A stretch of DNA of 20,000 nucleotides from Folioceros fuciformis (lineage: Eukaryota): contig JBNGIO010005941.1 in assembly GCA_049999805.1 (NCBI GenBank), positions 52,098 through 72,097 of the forward strand, given 5' to 3'. Made by a program: the position numbers and the translations under genes. Position 1 is the first letter of the stretch. Each line of letters starts with the position of its first letter. A model generated the notes under the pieces. It was not told where the DNA came from. It saw only the letters and a program-made list of their open reading frames with translations, and did not search any database. Positions 1 to 10,361 of the stretch are shown piece by piece.

Positions 1-945
1 CTTTTTCCTCCAAAAGCGTTCTGAGTTTGATGTTGTACTGTTTTGTGTGTTCACGGACTCTTACTTGTTGCACGTTAGATTCTTCCTTGAGGAGTGTTCT
101 GAAGTTGTTCCTGTACTATTATTACATGCATTCCCGAACTCTTACATGCTATTGGATCTTTCCTCCAAAAGCCTTCTGAAGTTTGACATTGTGTTTGTGT
201 TCACGGACTGTTACACACGTTGCTAGATGTTTCCTCCAAAAATGTCCTGAAGTTTGTTATTGTACCATTTTGTGTGTTCTTACACGTTGCTAGATGTTTC
301 CTATAAAAGCGACCTCAAGTTTGTTATTGTACAATTCTATGTGTTCTTGCAGTCTTACACGTTGCTAGAAGTTTGTTATTGTACTATTCTGTATGTTTCT
401 GTATGTTCTTGGACTCTTACACGTTGCTAGAAGTTTGTCTTTGTACTATTCTGTTTGTTCCTGGATTCTTACATGTTGCTAGATTTTTCCTCCAAAAGTG
501 TTTTGACGTTTGTATTGTACTATTCTTGTGTGCTCCATGACTCTGATATGCAGCTAGATTTTTCCTCCCAAAGCATTTTGAAGTCTGTATTGTACTATTC
601 TTGTGTGCTCCAGGACTCTCATATGCTGCTAGATTTTTCCCTCAAGAGCATTGTAAAGTTTGTTACTGTACTATTCTTGTGTGCTCCATGACTTTGATAT
701 ACTACTAGATTTTTCCCTCAAGAGTAGTATAAAGTTTGCTATTGTACTATTCTTGTGTGTTCTAGAACTCTATACTCCTAGATTTTTCCCTCAACAACAT
801 TATAAAGTTTGTTGTTGTTTTGTTGGTGTGTTCCGGACTCTTACATGCTCTTGGATTGTTTCTCAAGATTAAGTTCATTCTAGAGTTTGTTATTGTACTA
901 TTCAATGTGTCTCGGACTCTCACATGTTCCTACATTTTTCCTCAA
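1..945. repeat. Degenerate tandem minisatellite, ~75-bp unit, roughly 12-13 copies, truncated by the window edge
   Basis: Recurring unit resembling TTTTCCTCCAAAAGCGTTCTGAAGTTTGTTATTGTACTATTCTTGTGTGTTCCGGACTCTTACATGTTGCTAGAT, e.g. copies starting near 485, 560, 635, 711 and 784. ORF 455-691 shows the matching 25-aa periodicity (MLLDFSSKSVL.../MQLDFSSQSIL.../MLLDFSLKSIV...). Some copies between 290 and 480 are internally deleted. Confidence 0.9.
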
Positions 946-1038
946 GAACAAATTATACGGAGAAAAATAGATCGTGGCCAGCATTGCAGGGTACATTGTA
1001 CGTGGGTTGAAGGAAGGTGGAAGGAAGGTGTCAGTCGC

Positions 1039-1100
1039 TAGGGAAGAATGCTTTCTACTTGGTGATCTTAGGGAAGAATCCTTTCTACTTGGTGATCTTA
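1039..1100. repeat. 30-bp direct tandem duplication
   Basis: GGGAAGAAT(G/C)CTTTCTACTTGGTGATCTTA occurs at 1041-1070 and 1071-1100 with one mismatch. Confidence 0.9.
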
Positions 1101-1183
1101 CAGAGCAAATTCTCAAAATGACTAAGTACCACACATGGAATCTACCTTATTCTATTAGTTAGTAACAAAGTTGGATTTAGTGC

Positions 1184-1239
1184 TTAACCTTTCCAAGCTG
1201 GATGGACTGGTTTAACCTTTCCAAGCTAGATGGACTAGT
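1184..1239. repeat. 28-bp direct tandem duplication
   Basis: TTAACCTTTCCAAGCT(G/A)GATGGACT(G/A)GT occurs twice, at 1184-1211 and 1212-1239. Confidence 0.9.
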
Positions 1240-1699
1240 TTTCTTCTTTACGACATAGAGAGCTTTTCTACTTGCTGTGCTAAACTTCATCCATGCTAAA
1301 AACACATGATTCAATCAGGCCTTGTAAATGCATAAGGGGAACCAATCCTATTTTTCAGAGAACATGAATCCTATAGGCAGTCATCCTAAACAACAGGAAT
1401 TTAATCAAACAGGGGCAATGACCAGAACGGCGTAGAACATGACGCGCTTTCAGTCCAGGTCCAAGTTTGAGACGAGGGATGCAGGAGCATATGATATGAC
1501 TAATCAGACGATTGAAAGCGAAGACAGAAAGGCAGTTCTGCTGGGCTTCAGCCCCAGGCGCCGACCCTCGCGCAGGGGAAAGGATGAAAGATCCCGGCGG
1601 GAATCCCAGGTGACCTGAAACTGTCTTGTTGTCTGGGCGGCGGGTCATGTGGTGCGTCGGGCACGAGGCACACATGTCGGTCATTCTTATTTTCTCCAC

Positions 1700-3700
1700 A
1701 CAAAATCTCCACTGCAGCGAACCGCGCTTCCGCTGCGCGGCACCTCAAACTGAAGGACAGGAGCGAGAGTCGAGTACGTGCCACCTCGCTCACTGTCGGA
1801 TGACGCCCATCGCACGGCTGAAAGCAGCCACGCAATGTGACGACAGTGGTGTACTTTAAGGCATGAAGCGCCCACCAATGCCACTGCCAGGTCTGCTTCT
1901 CTGGGCGGAGTCACAGGTTACCCGGCTTCTGTGGGCACTGTGTACTCGACTTCTGTGCAAACGCTCTCCAACAGTACAGTGGCACGCTGAAAGCCCAAGA
2001 GACTGGTTAGGGACCCGCAGAAAGCCCAAGAGACGAGTGGGAATTTTCTAGAGAAGCAATGCGACAGAGGGCCTTTGTGCTTGTGCAGGGAAAAAGTTCT
2101 CTCAGTCAGGGAGTGTGCGTAAGGTCGTGCGTGTCCTACGTGCAGCAACGCTCTGTTGACCACCCTAACCCTAACCCCAGCACCGTCTAGCGGAACTGGT
2201 GGTAGCCATCGTACTGACAAGGTTCGCAAGTGTCATGGCAGCACGGACCACGTCAGGTACACCCACTGAAAAGGTTGGATGCACACGTCAAGTTTCACAC
2301 CACAAGCAATGCTGGTAGACTTTGGACGACGTGAGTGAGGTTGAGGTGAGGGCGACGTGAATGAGGTTGAGGGGAGGGCAACACTCACGCATTTTTGCAA
2401 CAAAGTTTACTCCACAGGGATCTGGACTTGGCCGTCTGCACCTGGCTCACCGATTGGGCCAAGGTTTCGGACCAGTGAGATCGCTGTTAAGTACAACTCT
2501 CCGGCTAAGTTCTGTCAATAGCTTTCAACAGCAACAAACCTCACCAATCTGACATGACATACCTTGTGGCTTGCCCATTGCAACGTGAGGGGGACTGGAC
2601 GATGGCCACACACACAGTGAACAGTGGAGAGAAATTCTCGTAGACTCCAGGACGAGGAAACGAGCAATCGTCTTTAGGTCCATGTAGGAAACTCCTAGCA
2701 CAGAACCTTGAGCTTAAAGACACGAAAGGGGCAGTGCTAGACAACGACAAATGCTCCAGTGCCTTTCAGCAGCGCAAACTGTAACTAACAAACCTCCGGA
2801 ACTACTATGGATGTCCCACAGTATGTCTCGCAAACTCACCAAGTGCAGCTCGAAGAGTTCTTGAAAGTCAGCAGTGGACAAGCATCGCTCAACATCAGAC
2901 AGGAGGGATTAGTGACACAGAATCGATGCCTACCCTGGCAGGAAAGACGGAGTGGATGGTGTCAAGGCAGGTAGTTACAAAATGCTGCAGCAACCTACTG
3001 CTTTCGCAGATGCCTGTATATGACCATTTCCCATTTAGACCACATTCGCCGGAACACGGATAGTGTAGTAGCCATCTGTAGTTACCAGATTCAGTCTAGG
3101 GATGTAGTCTGACGATGAAGTCAGAGAGCCAGAGACGGATGTACAAGACGACAAGGCATCCCACTCCCAGACACTCAGCAGGACAACTTTGCGAGCTCAC
3201 CTCGAAGTTCTTCTACTCCTTCTCCGAGAACGGGTTCCTGACCATGTGAAACTCGGAGAGTTTCTACATGGAGAAAACCAGTAATTTTGTCCACAGCCCG
3301 TCCAACAGAGTTCGTTGCACTGATTGTTCCGAGACAACGGGCTTCGTCTCAGTATCTGCCCTCCCTCAGACGTTGATCGCAGTCAGGCTGAAAACACTCC
3401 AGCCGGCGTGAAGCGCAAATCTCCGAAGACATGCTCGAAAGGAAACTCAATCTTCGTGTCGACCGCTGGTGCACCACCAGGCTAGCTTTCTGTGGACGTG
3501 GATACCTCTACCGGAGATGCCACGCTCTGTCTCAGAACAGGAGTAGGTCTCGAACTGGAAACCTGTAGCTAAGTCCATTCATTGGACTGAGACCCAGTTA
3601 CAGCGGCGGACAGAGCAAGCAGCAACAGGCAGGCACTCAGGATCAGTCACATGGTGCGGTAGTTCCAAGTCCCAAGGAAACAGTGGACAATCGATCTTTC
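1700..3700 (+). pseudogene. Possible heavily decayed multi-C2H2 zinc-finger gene remnant
   Basis: Scattered peptide fragments in different + frames resemble C2H2 finger parts: CAGKKFSQSGSVRK (2082), LKRLDAHVKFHT (2266), HFCNKVYSTG (2390), MATHTVNSGEKFS (2602), DKCSSAFQQRKL (2746). No complete finger or long ORF survives, and the boundaries are approximate. Confidence 0.28.
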
Positions 3701-3939
3701 GCAGGAACATACGATGTTCGCGTACCCTAGACTATATATGTATCGATGAGCAGAGCCGATCTGGTGGACAATCCGGCTGGACGGACATACCATTCTAGCC
3801 TTGTATATGTGTATTGCAGTCTGATTGAGCACCTCACGGTGCATTCTTGAGACAGTGGCAAAGGCCTGACGGAAAAGTGCAGCGGGAAAAGTGGATGTGG
3901 TTCTTGCGTCTCGAGGTTTGAGGATTTGTATCTGTAAAT

Positions 3940-5978
3940 ATGGCGGATCCGGAGAAGGACGAGATTGAAGAAGAAGTGGAAGCCATGGAAGCTGTGTATG
4001 GAGTCAATTGCAAAGTGGTGGACAGATGGCCGCATCAGCTGAAAATTTTGCTTACCCCCAACACTGCGGATGATACTTCTGTTCAGGTCTGACTTCTGTT
4101 TGCTCCCTGCAACCGGTATATGTGGTTGAGCCACGATCTCAGAGAGTGCTGTGTTTTTATTCCCGTGTGCAGTTTGTTCAAGTTGTGCTTGTGCTCACAG
4201 CGGGTGAGCAGGTAGACCACTAAGGAGTTAGTCTCTCCTCACGGCTGAGTTATCGCAGTCGGTGAGAGTTCCATGTCGATTTCTTCATCGGTGCAAATTG
4301 GGCTAACCTTGCTGCTTTTGATGCAGTATCCCAAAATGCCACCAGAAATTGAACTGGAAGATGCTAAAGGATTGGATGATGAAAGGCAGGTAGAGTTGCT
4401 GTCCACTTTGAGAACAAAGGCGGCTGAGCTAGTCAACGAGCCTATGTTGGTATCTCTTTGTGAGGTAGACTCTCCTGAACTCCGACTTTGTACCTGATTG
4501 GGTGATGAAAGATTAGTCTGTGACACATGTTCTGATTCACCTCACGTGTCAGTTGTGACGAAGGACCTGTCTGTGTCATGTGTGTTCTCCTTCCCTTGCA
4601 CTGTGTATGCTTACGTTCATTTGCTTCTGAAGGATGGGGTTGTACGACACACTTTTCACTTGTCCTTGCACTGTATCTGCTCACTGTTGCACGCTTTCTG
4701 TTTCTTACCTGAGACCTCCTCCTGGCTGGAGGTTCTGCAGAGTGCAGCTGAACCCTGCGCAGCTTTCTGGCATTGAGAGCTGTTGGCTGTGGTGCAGCAT
4801 TTTGGTTATGAGGTTTTGGATGTGTATCTCCTGAGAATGTCTGTGCAAACCATGAGGTCCCTAGTAACTCACTGGGTGCTGGCTGTGGTGAAAGACTTGA
4901 GATTTGTAATTGCGTGAAATCCCAACTGGATGAATATTTTGCAGAATTCATCACAGAAATGTTAACGGTTGACATTTTTTTTGCAGGCTGCCAAGGATGT
5001 CCTTACGGGCATGAACTTTCCTGACGGCGACTGTTGCTTGTGTCTATATCCCTTTGTGTTGGAGGCGCACAAACCATTTTATAAGCTAAACACGTGTTTC
5101 CATTGCTTTCATAGGTTTTGGTCTTTCGTCCTTTGGAGCTCATGATGCTAACTTTCCTTTCCTTCACAGTCTTACACCTTCATAGAATTGGATTTGTAGT
5201 GAATGCCTTGCAAGGTGGTTTCGCTTTAAAACTGTAGGCGGAGAGTCAACTGCCGAAATATCACAGGGACCATCACTTGCAGCGAATTCCGTCAGCCGCC
5301 AAGGGTACTTTTGATGGTCATGTTGATTGTGTTTCCAGATTAACTTGCAAGTAGCAAGGGTCCTGTCTGCGAGGTTTTCGAGAGGTTTCTTTGTTGTTCT
5401 GATCCTGTAGTGCGTTGGGGCAGACTTCAGGAACCTCAACCTTTCTCTTGTCCAATATGCCGCAGTCGCATAAATGTGGATGACATCTCACACGTGATGG
5501 AGTTTCCTACCACGGAAGAGGTTTGGGATCTCCTTAAACCTTAATGGCGGGTTTTGATTTCCGCGTCTAAAGTTGAATCCCTTAAGTCATTTGTGATGCT
5601 TGATCATTGTAGTTATCAATTTCTTAGATGGGCTAGTCGCGGCTCTTTCTCCTCCTGGGGGCTTAAGAGTCTAGGACGCTGAATTCGACACTCCTCTTGT
5701 ATCATGGCAGGTGTTTTTACTGAACGGCTACTTATCATGCGATGACGGTCCTGCAGGAAGCTGATGTTCAAGTAGATATGGCTTTTTTTCACTCCGAGGA
5801 GGAAGTCCACCGGAAAGCTGAATTTGCCACCCAATTTGAAGCGCAGAGAGCTCGTGGAGGTATCATTGAGTTAGAACATGAGCAAAAGGCCAGGGTGGTC
5901 CGGAACCTGTTCCAAGCAAGTATGTTGAGTGATAATTCGCAAGTGGAACAGTACAGACTCAGGAGCAACAGAACCTGA
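3940..5978 (+). CDS. RNF25: RWD domain + RING-H2 E3 ubiquitin ligase (RNF25/AO7-like), 7 exons
   Basis: Hand-built exons with GT-AG borders and consistent phase: 3940-4086, 4173-4211, 4327-4464, 4987-5114, 5200-5304, 5424-5520, 5757-5978. The protein has an RWD domain (EEEVEAMEAVYG...FVQVVLVLTAGEQYPKMPPEI..DAKGLDD..PMLVSLCE). The RING-H2 reads PDGDCCLCLYPF...KLNTCFHCFHSECLARW...CPICR, followed by RKAEFATQFEAQRARGGIIE. This is the RNF25 family architecture. The exact 3' end of the last exon is less certain. Confidence 0.9.
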
Positions 5979-6999
5979 TCCATGTGCTCAGCAGCCCAAG
6001 TCAATGACAAGTAGTGGTCGGAGGCCCGCAAGGCTGATATAGCCCAGGGGGAAGCAATTGGCATAAGCGGGCCCCACAGTGGGTTCCATCATGTTGTCTG
6101 TCTGGAATCCTAACGAGACAAAAGGTCCCATCGTGCCCACTGTAAATCGAATCGAGTGCAAAGGTATTGTATTCCTCGTCTCAAATAGCTTATTCCTTGT
6201 GGCAACGAAGGTTGGTGACGCCTGTTTTCACACCCATACGACAGCCTTACGTAGGCTCATGTTGTGTGCAGGCTCAGGTCCGGTGGCACATGGATTCCTA
6301 GAAACATGCCCACTGTTCCGGCTGTTGCTGGCAACTGGGTAACAAAGAAAGCATGTAACTGTCGCTCTATCATTCTGGTCATCTGCCCTCGCTACAATGC
6401 CGGCTCATGAAACGTTCCTGCCAATGCACTGTCCTCATTTCTGATTGACTGTTCTTGGATGTCAGGCCTGGAGTGGCTTCTGAGGAAAGCAGTTGTTTTG
6501 TTGGGTACCCGTCGTTGAAAGCTTGTCATCGCAGTTGGTAGTCGAGACAGACAGCTCTACGATATCGACAGCCATGAACACCTATTTCCGATAACAAATA
6601 GTGTATATTCCCAGACTCGGCCTGCGTTTTGCTGGACAACCTCTCTTCCGTGCCCGAGTTCGTGAACGAAATTGTCGACACGAGTGATGGCGTGCAAATG
6701 AATGCATTGTGCATCTTGCACAGTCCAAGTAACTGCAGGAGGTAGAGTTCCCGTGAACGGGCACGGGTGCTGGAATGCGGGGTTGGACGCTGGGGCTGAC
6801 AGTCTCGGAATGATGTACAAACGGGCCATGTGAGCTGGGTAACGACAGGGGCAAGTCACCTCCGTCTCGTGAGAGTACGTAGCACTGGAGCGCCCCGCCC
6901 ATGCAGGTCAATGGCAGTGTGTGCCTCTGCGAATTATGGTTGCCTGCAACGTTTCACGCGATTCACGTCCCGTGGGGCGTCACGGTTTCCTGTGACACC

Positions 7000-8896
7000 A
7001 AACTTTCTGGCGCGGTTGAGGACAAACTGGTGGTATCATGGGTCTGCAAAGAAGAGCCCTGGTGGCCTGTGTGCAGGAGAGTGCATGGCTGACAAGCCAG
7101 GTTGGGTGACTGTGCACATGGCTCGTGAGCCCCTGCCGACCTGTACCGAATGAAAGGTAGGTATCGGCCGCCCCCGTGAGTTAACTGTCAGTGTCAGCAA
7201 TGGCACGTCTCAAAGGCTGCTGAGGCTCTGGAACTTCTGGTACACGTGAACTGGGGCGTCTCAATGCCTTCTCTATGCTGTCCTCGAAGATTCTGCAGCG
7301 ACGCAGGATCTCGTTATGGGTGCATGGAATATGGACATGAGTCCGATACGTTCCTGTGCAACCACACACACTCTGCGAGTGTATGCTTCTCATGGCAGGT
7401 TGCAAGAAACGGGGGATGGGTTCGCTGTGGTTGCCGAGCTAAATGCCTCCGTGTCGAGCACGGGCAGGCTAAGGACGTTGTTGAACTGTATCACCAGATG
7501 CGCAGGTCGAATCGAATCGAGCCGAGTCGAGTGTGGAACCCCGTCATGGGTGTGTCTTCTTAGCAGCTCCACAGAGAGTGTTTGAGGGACTTCTTCAAAA
7601 GGGTGGGGTGACCTGGAATGGTATGATAGCAGGATGTTCTCAGCAGGGCATGAATCAAGAGTCTCTCCGTCCCCATGGTGCTATGGTGGAAGCAGGTTTC
7701 AGTGAGCTCGATCCTGTGACATTCCTGCCCCTTCTGCAGGCGTGTGCAAGCCTGGGCAGCCCAGCTTTGGGGAGGAAGATGCAGCTTCATGCACGGATGG
7801 TAGAACGGGGAATTCGTGTCGATGGGAGCGTAGCCAACTGCTTGCAGTGAACGTTTATACGAAGTTTGCATCCTTGCACATGCCTAGCCAAGTTTGAATG
7901 AAGCACGTGGTCACACAGATGTGGTGACAGGGACTTGTCGTTTGGCAAGGTATTGACCGTAGGGCGGGGCCCTGGAAGATGCAAGAAGAAGGCACTGCAC
8001 GGCCTAATTCTGTGCCTCCTGCAGCATGTGCAATGGTGGGTGCCCGGCTTTTAGAGGGGAAAGTAGCTTCACGCACAGGTAGGAGGCCGAGGATTTGATG
8101 CTGATTTGGTTGTACTCAACGGTCGAGGAACCATGCATGCGAAACGTGGTAGTCTCCATAGAGGGTGCTCAGGTGAGTTTTCTTGGCCTGCGTCCAACCA
8201 ACGTTCATGTCGGTCGTGTTTGTGGCCACCAGCTTGATGAACAGGTATGCCAAGTCTGGTAGTTTTGGTAGACGCACAGTAGCTGTTTGATGCACGACCC
8301 AAAAAACAATTCTGTCTCTTGGAATGCACTGATTGCCAGTTGCACCCGTCAAGGAGCCAGTGATGCTCTCTTTGATTTGATTTGGTTGGCAGAATGAGAG
8401 TGGAAGGGATACAGCCACACAGCACCACAGTCATCACGAGAGGAGCAGCACGCAACCACGTGGGTCTTGTGGACAAGGGCCCAGAGTAAAATTCTTTTTT
8501 GGCTGCAAGCGACTTAGGTATCACCCTTCCCGCGGAGCTGTACACGTGCATGTTGGGTCTCCTGGGTTGTGTAGGCCGAGTAGTTGGTGGCCAGCACTAT
8601 TCCTGGATTTTCTGATGCTGCAGTTTGCTTGGCGAAAGTGGTGCAGCATGGAGGTGGGACTCCATGCTTTCGATGAAGCTCCACGAAAGGGATGTGGCAG
8701 CATGTGCATCAATGTGAAACATATATGCCGATGCACAGATGTGGGTGCAGGGCAGCAAAATGCAGGCCAGAAGGATGGGGATTGGGCAGGCAGGAGCTGG
8801 TGGACACACAATGCCGGCCTGGTGCACAGTGTCGTGGCTGGTTATTCAAAGCTTCCTGCCATACATGCAAATCTGGAACACTTTTTCCTGAAATGA
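7000..8896 (+). pseudogene. Frameshifted PLS-class PPR (E/E+, WW-type PG box) organellar RNA-editing factor pseudogene
   Basis: PLS motifs are spread over shifting frames with stops: YGHESDTFLCN / TLRVYASHGRLQE (7330-7408), VEHGQAKDVVELYHQM, VFEGLLQKGGVTWNGMIAGCSQQG..DPVTFLPLLQACASLG (7575-7756), VFVATSLMNRYAKSGS (8216), NSVSWNALIA (8308), MRVEGIQP..NHVGLVDKG* (8394-8489), LYTCMLGLLGCVGR. The E-domain region reads AWRKWCSMEVGLHAFDEA and NIYADAQMW, then GRSWWTHNAGLVHSVVAG (8789-8842). The 5' limit is approximate. Confidence 0.85.
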
Positions 8897-8999
8897 AGAG
8901 TTGCAGGTTTCTCTCGGTCGCAACATCTAACCAGCCAGTGTAATCCCCCCTCGGCACACTTAAGGGAACTCGGAGCTAGACATCGATAGCCATACTTTA

Positions 9000-9400
9000 C
9001 AATGTTCATCCACCATTCATACATCAGTCACCGTTCCTACAGAGACCATCAACGAGTCACGAAAGGCCGACCTGCCCATGTGAAGAATTTCAACAGCAAC
9101 TTGGCTCTCTGTCTGGATTCCTTTGCCCTTAGAGGCAACACGACTTGCTCAGGGCTGTTCGGGCAGTCACGCTCCTCCCGTCACCAGGACTCTCAATTCC
9201 AAGCACAGTCTCTGTACTCCTCCAGGGCGGAAGCTGCGACAGATGGAGCTGTGTAAAGTAAGCTCATACACTCCTCGACAGGCAAGCCAGTGTTTCTTCT
9301 ACCCATGGAAGACATGCCCTGGTGGAAGCAGCCTGACCTCCTCTGCAACCAGGTTCCTCCTCTTCAGGACCAGAGACGAGGCCCCGTGATCAATGATCTC
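9000..9400 (-). pseudogene. Probable remnant of the N-terminal part of a P-class PPR gene
   Basis: The minus strand reads SPEQVVLPLRAKESRQRAKLLLKFFTWAGR (about 9156 down to 9067). This resembles the 'L.P..V..VL...ALKFF.WAG.Q' segment that precedes the repeats of many plant P-class PPR proteins. It is flanked by stops and frameshifts. Confidence 0.4.
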
Positions 9401-10361
9401 AAATCCAGAGGGGCATGTAGGATATCTGCCTGTAGCCCTGTGCCACGGACCATCTAGGGCCATCGTGTTAGAATTCTACAGCATCCATATTCCAAGAGCT
9501 CTCCAAAGGCGCCAACTGCCGGGGCTGTGATTGGAACTTGGATGTTGGTATCTCCGATTGGACACGAGCCGACCTCCAGACCCCGGCCGTTCCCACACGC
9601 CCTCACGCAGGATTACACGGAGCCCGAACAACCTGGCCGCCACATGGGCGCCACGGCAGCCCTAGTCTGCCACGTAGGAAGGAAGACGTTGACATTCGGA
9701 TAAATATAGCCTCCCGTAATACAGCCTGGAGGGTGTCCCGGGGCTGTATCCGGGCCGGGACACCCCATTCCGGTCGTCCGTGTCGGGGAATCAGCAAAAC
9801 ACCGGTTAGTTACCGGGCGTGAAGATAGGTAAGGCCCAATGCCCTATGGCGGCAAGCCGACGGAACTACGTACTTAAGAAAGGCTGCGCAGGTCCTTGCT
9901 CGTCACCGGCCTCCCACGTCTGTTCAGGAGAATTCGCAGGCGCGGGGGACGGACTCCGCCAGTCTCGATCTCGCCAGCATCCACAAGCTTCTGGAATCGC
10001 GTTTTGTTCCGTTTCCGTCTTGTGGTACGCTTGCTGCTTCGCACCGATGGATGCCTTTTCGCGCATTGCAGAATTTGGTTTGCATTGCATTGCGTTGCGT
10101 TGCCTTGCCTTGCACATTGCATGGCTTTACACTTTTGCTTCTATGGAGAATCGTGGTCGTGGAAATGGTTGCGCATAGATTTCTTGTGGCGCATTGATGA
10201 GAATTTAGAGTGCCGATGATGAAGCATTGCGGTTGACACGTAGTACGTCAATGTGCGATGTTCTGATTTGATTCTGGCCGAATTTTGTATTGCGTTGGAT
10301 TGATAAAGGTTGGTGTGGAGGAGGCAGAAGTATAGAAGTGTTTTTTCTTGTGAGCGACGAC

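Noticed and set aside
1-945. CRISPR-like array, or a repeat-protein CDS (ORFs 455-691, 660-872)
   Set aside because: There are no unique spacers because the whole unit repeats degenerately. There are no cas genes and the context is eukaryotic. The ORFs are by-products of the 75-bp unit and are broken by indels.
2163-2177. Telomere-like CCCTAACCCTAACCC
   Set aside because: Only about 2.5 units, too short to call an interstitial telomere.
4501-4541. Box C (GTGATGA) and CTGA in RNF25 intron 3 as a possible intronic snoRNA
   Set aside because: The boxes are only about 35 nt apart, there is no recognisable rRNA/snRNA antisense element, and the apparent terminal stem overlaps box C.
4442-4975. 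177-aa minus-strand ORF
   Set aside because: It lies antisense within RNF25 intron 3, has a non-ATG start and no recognisable domain.
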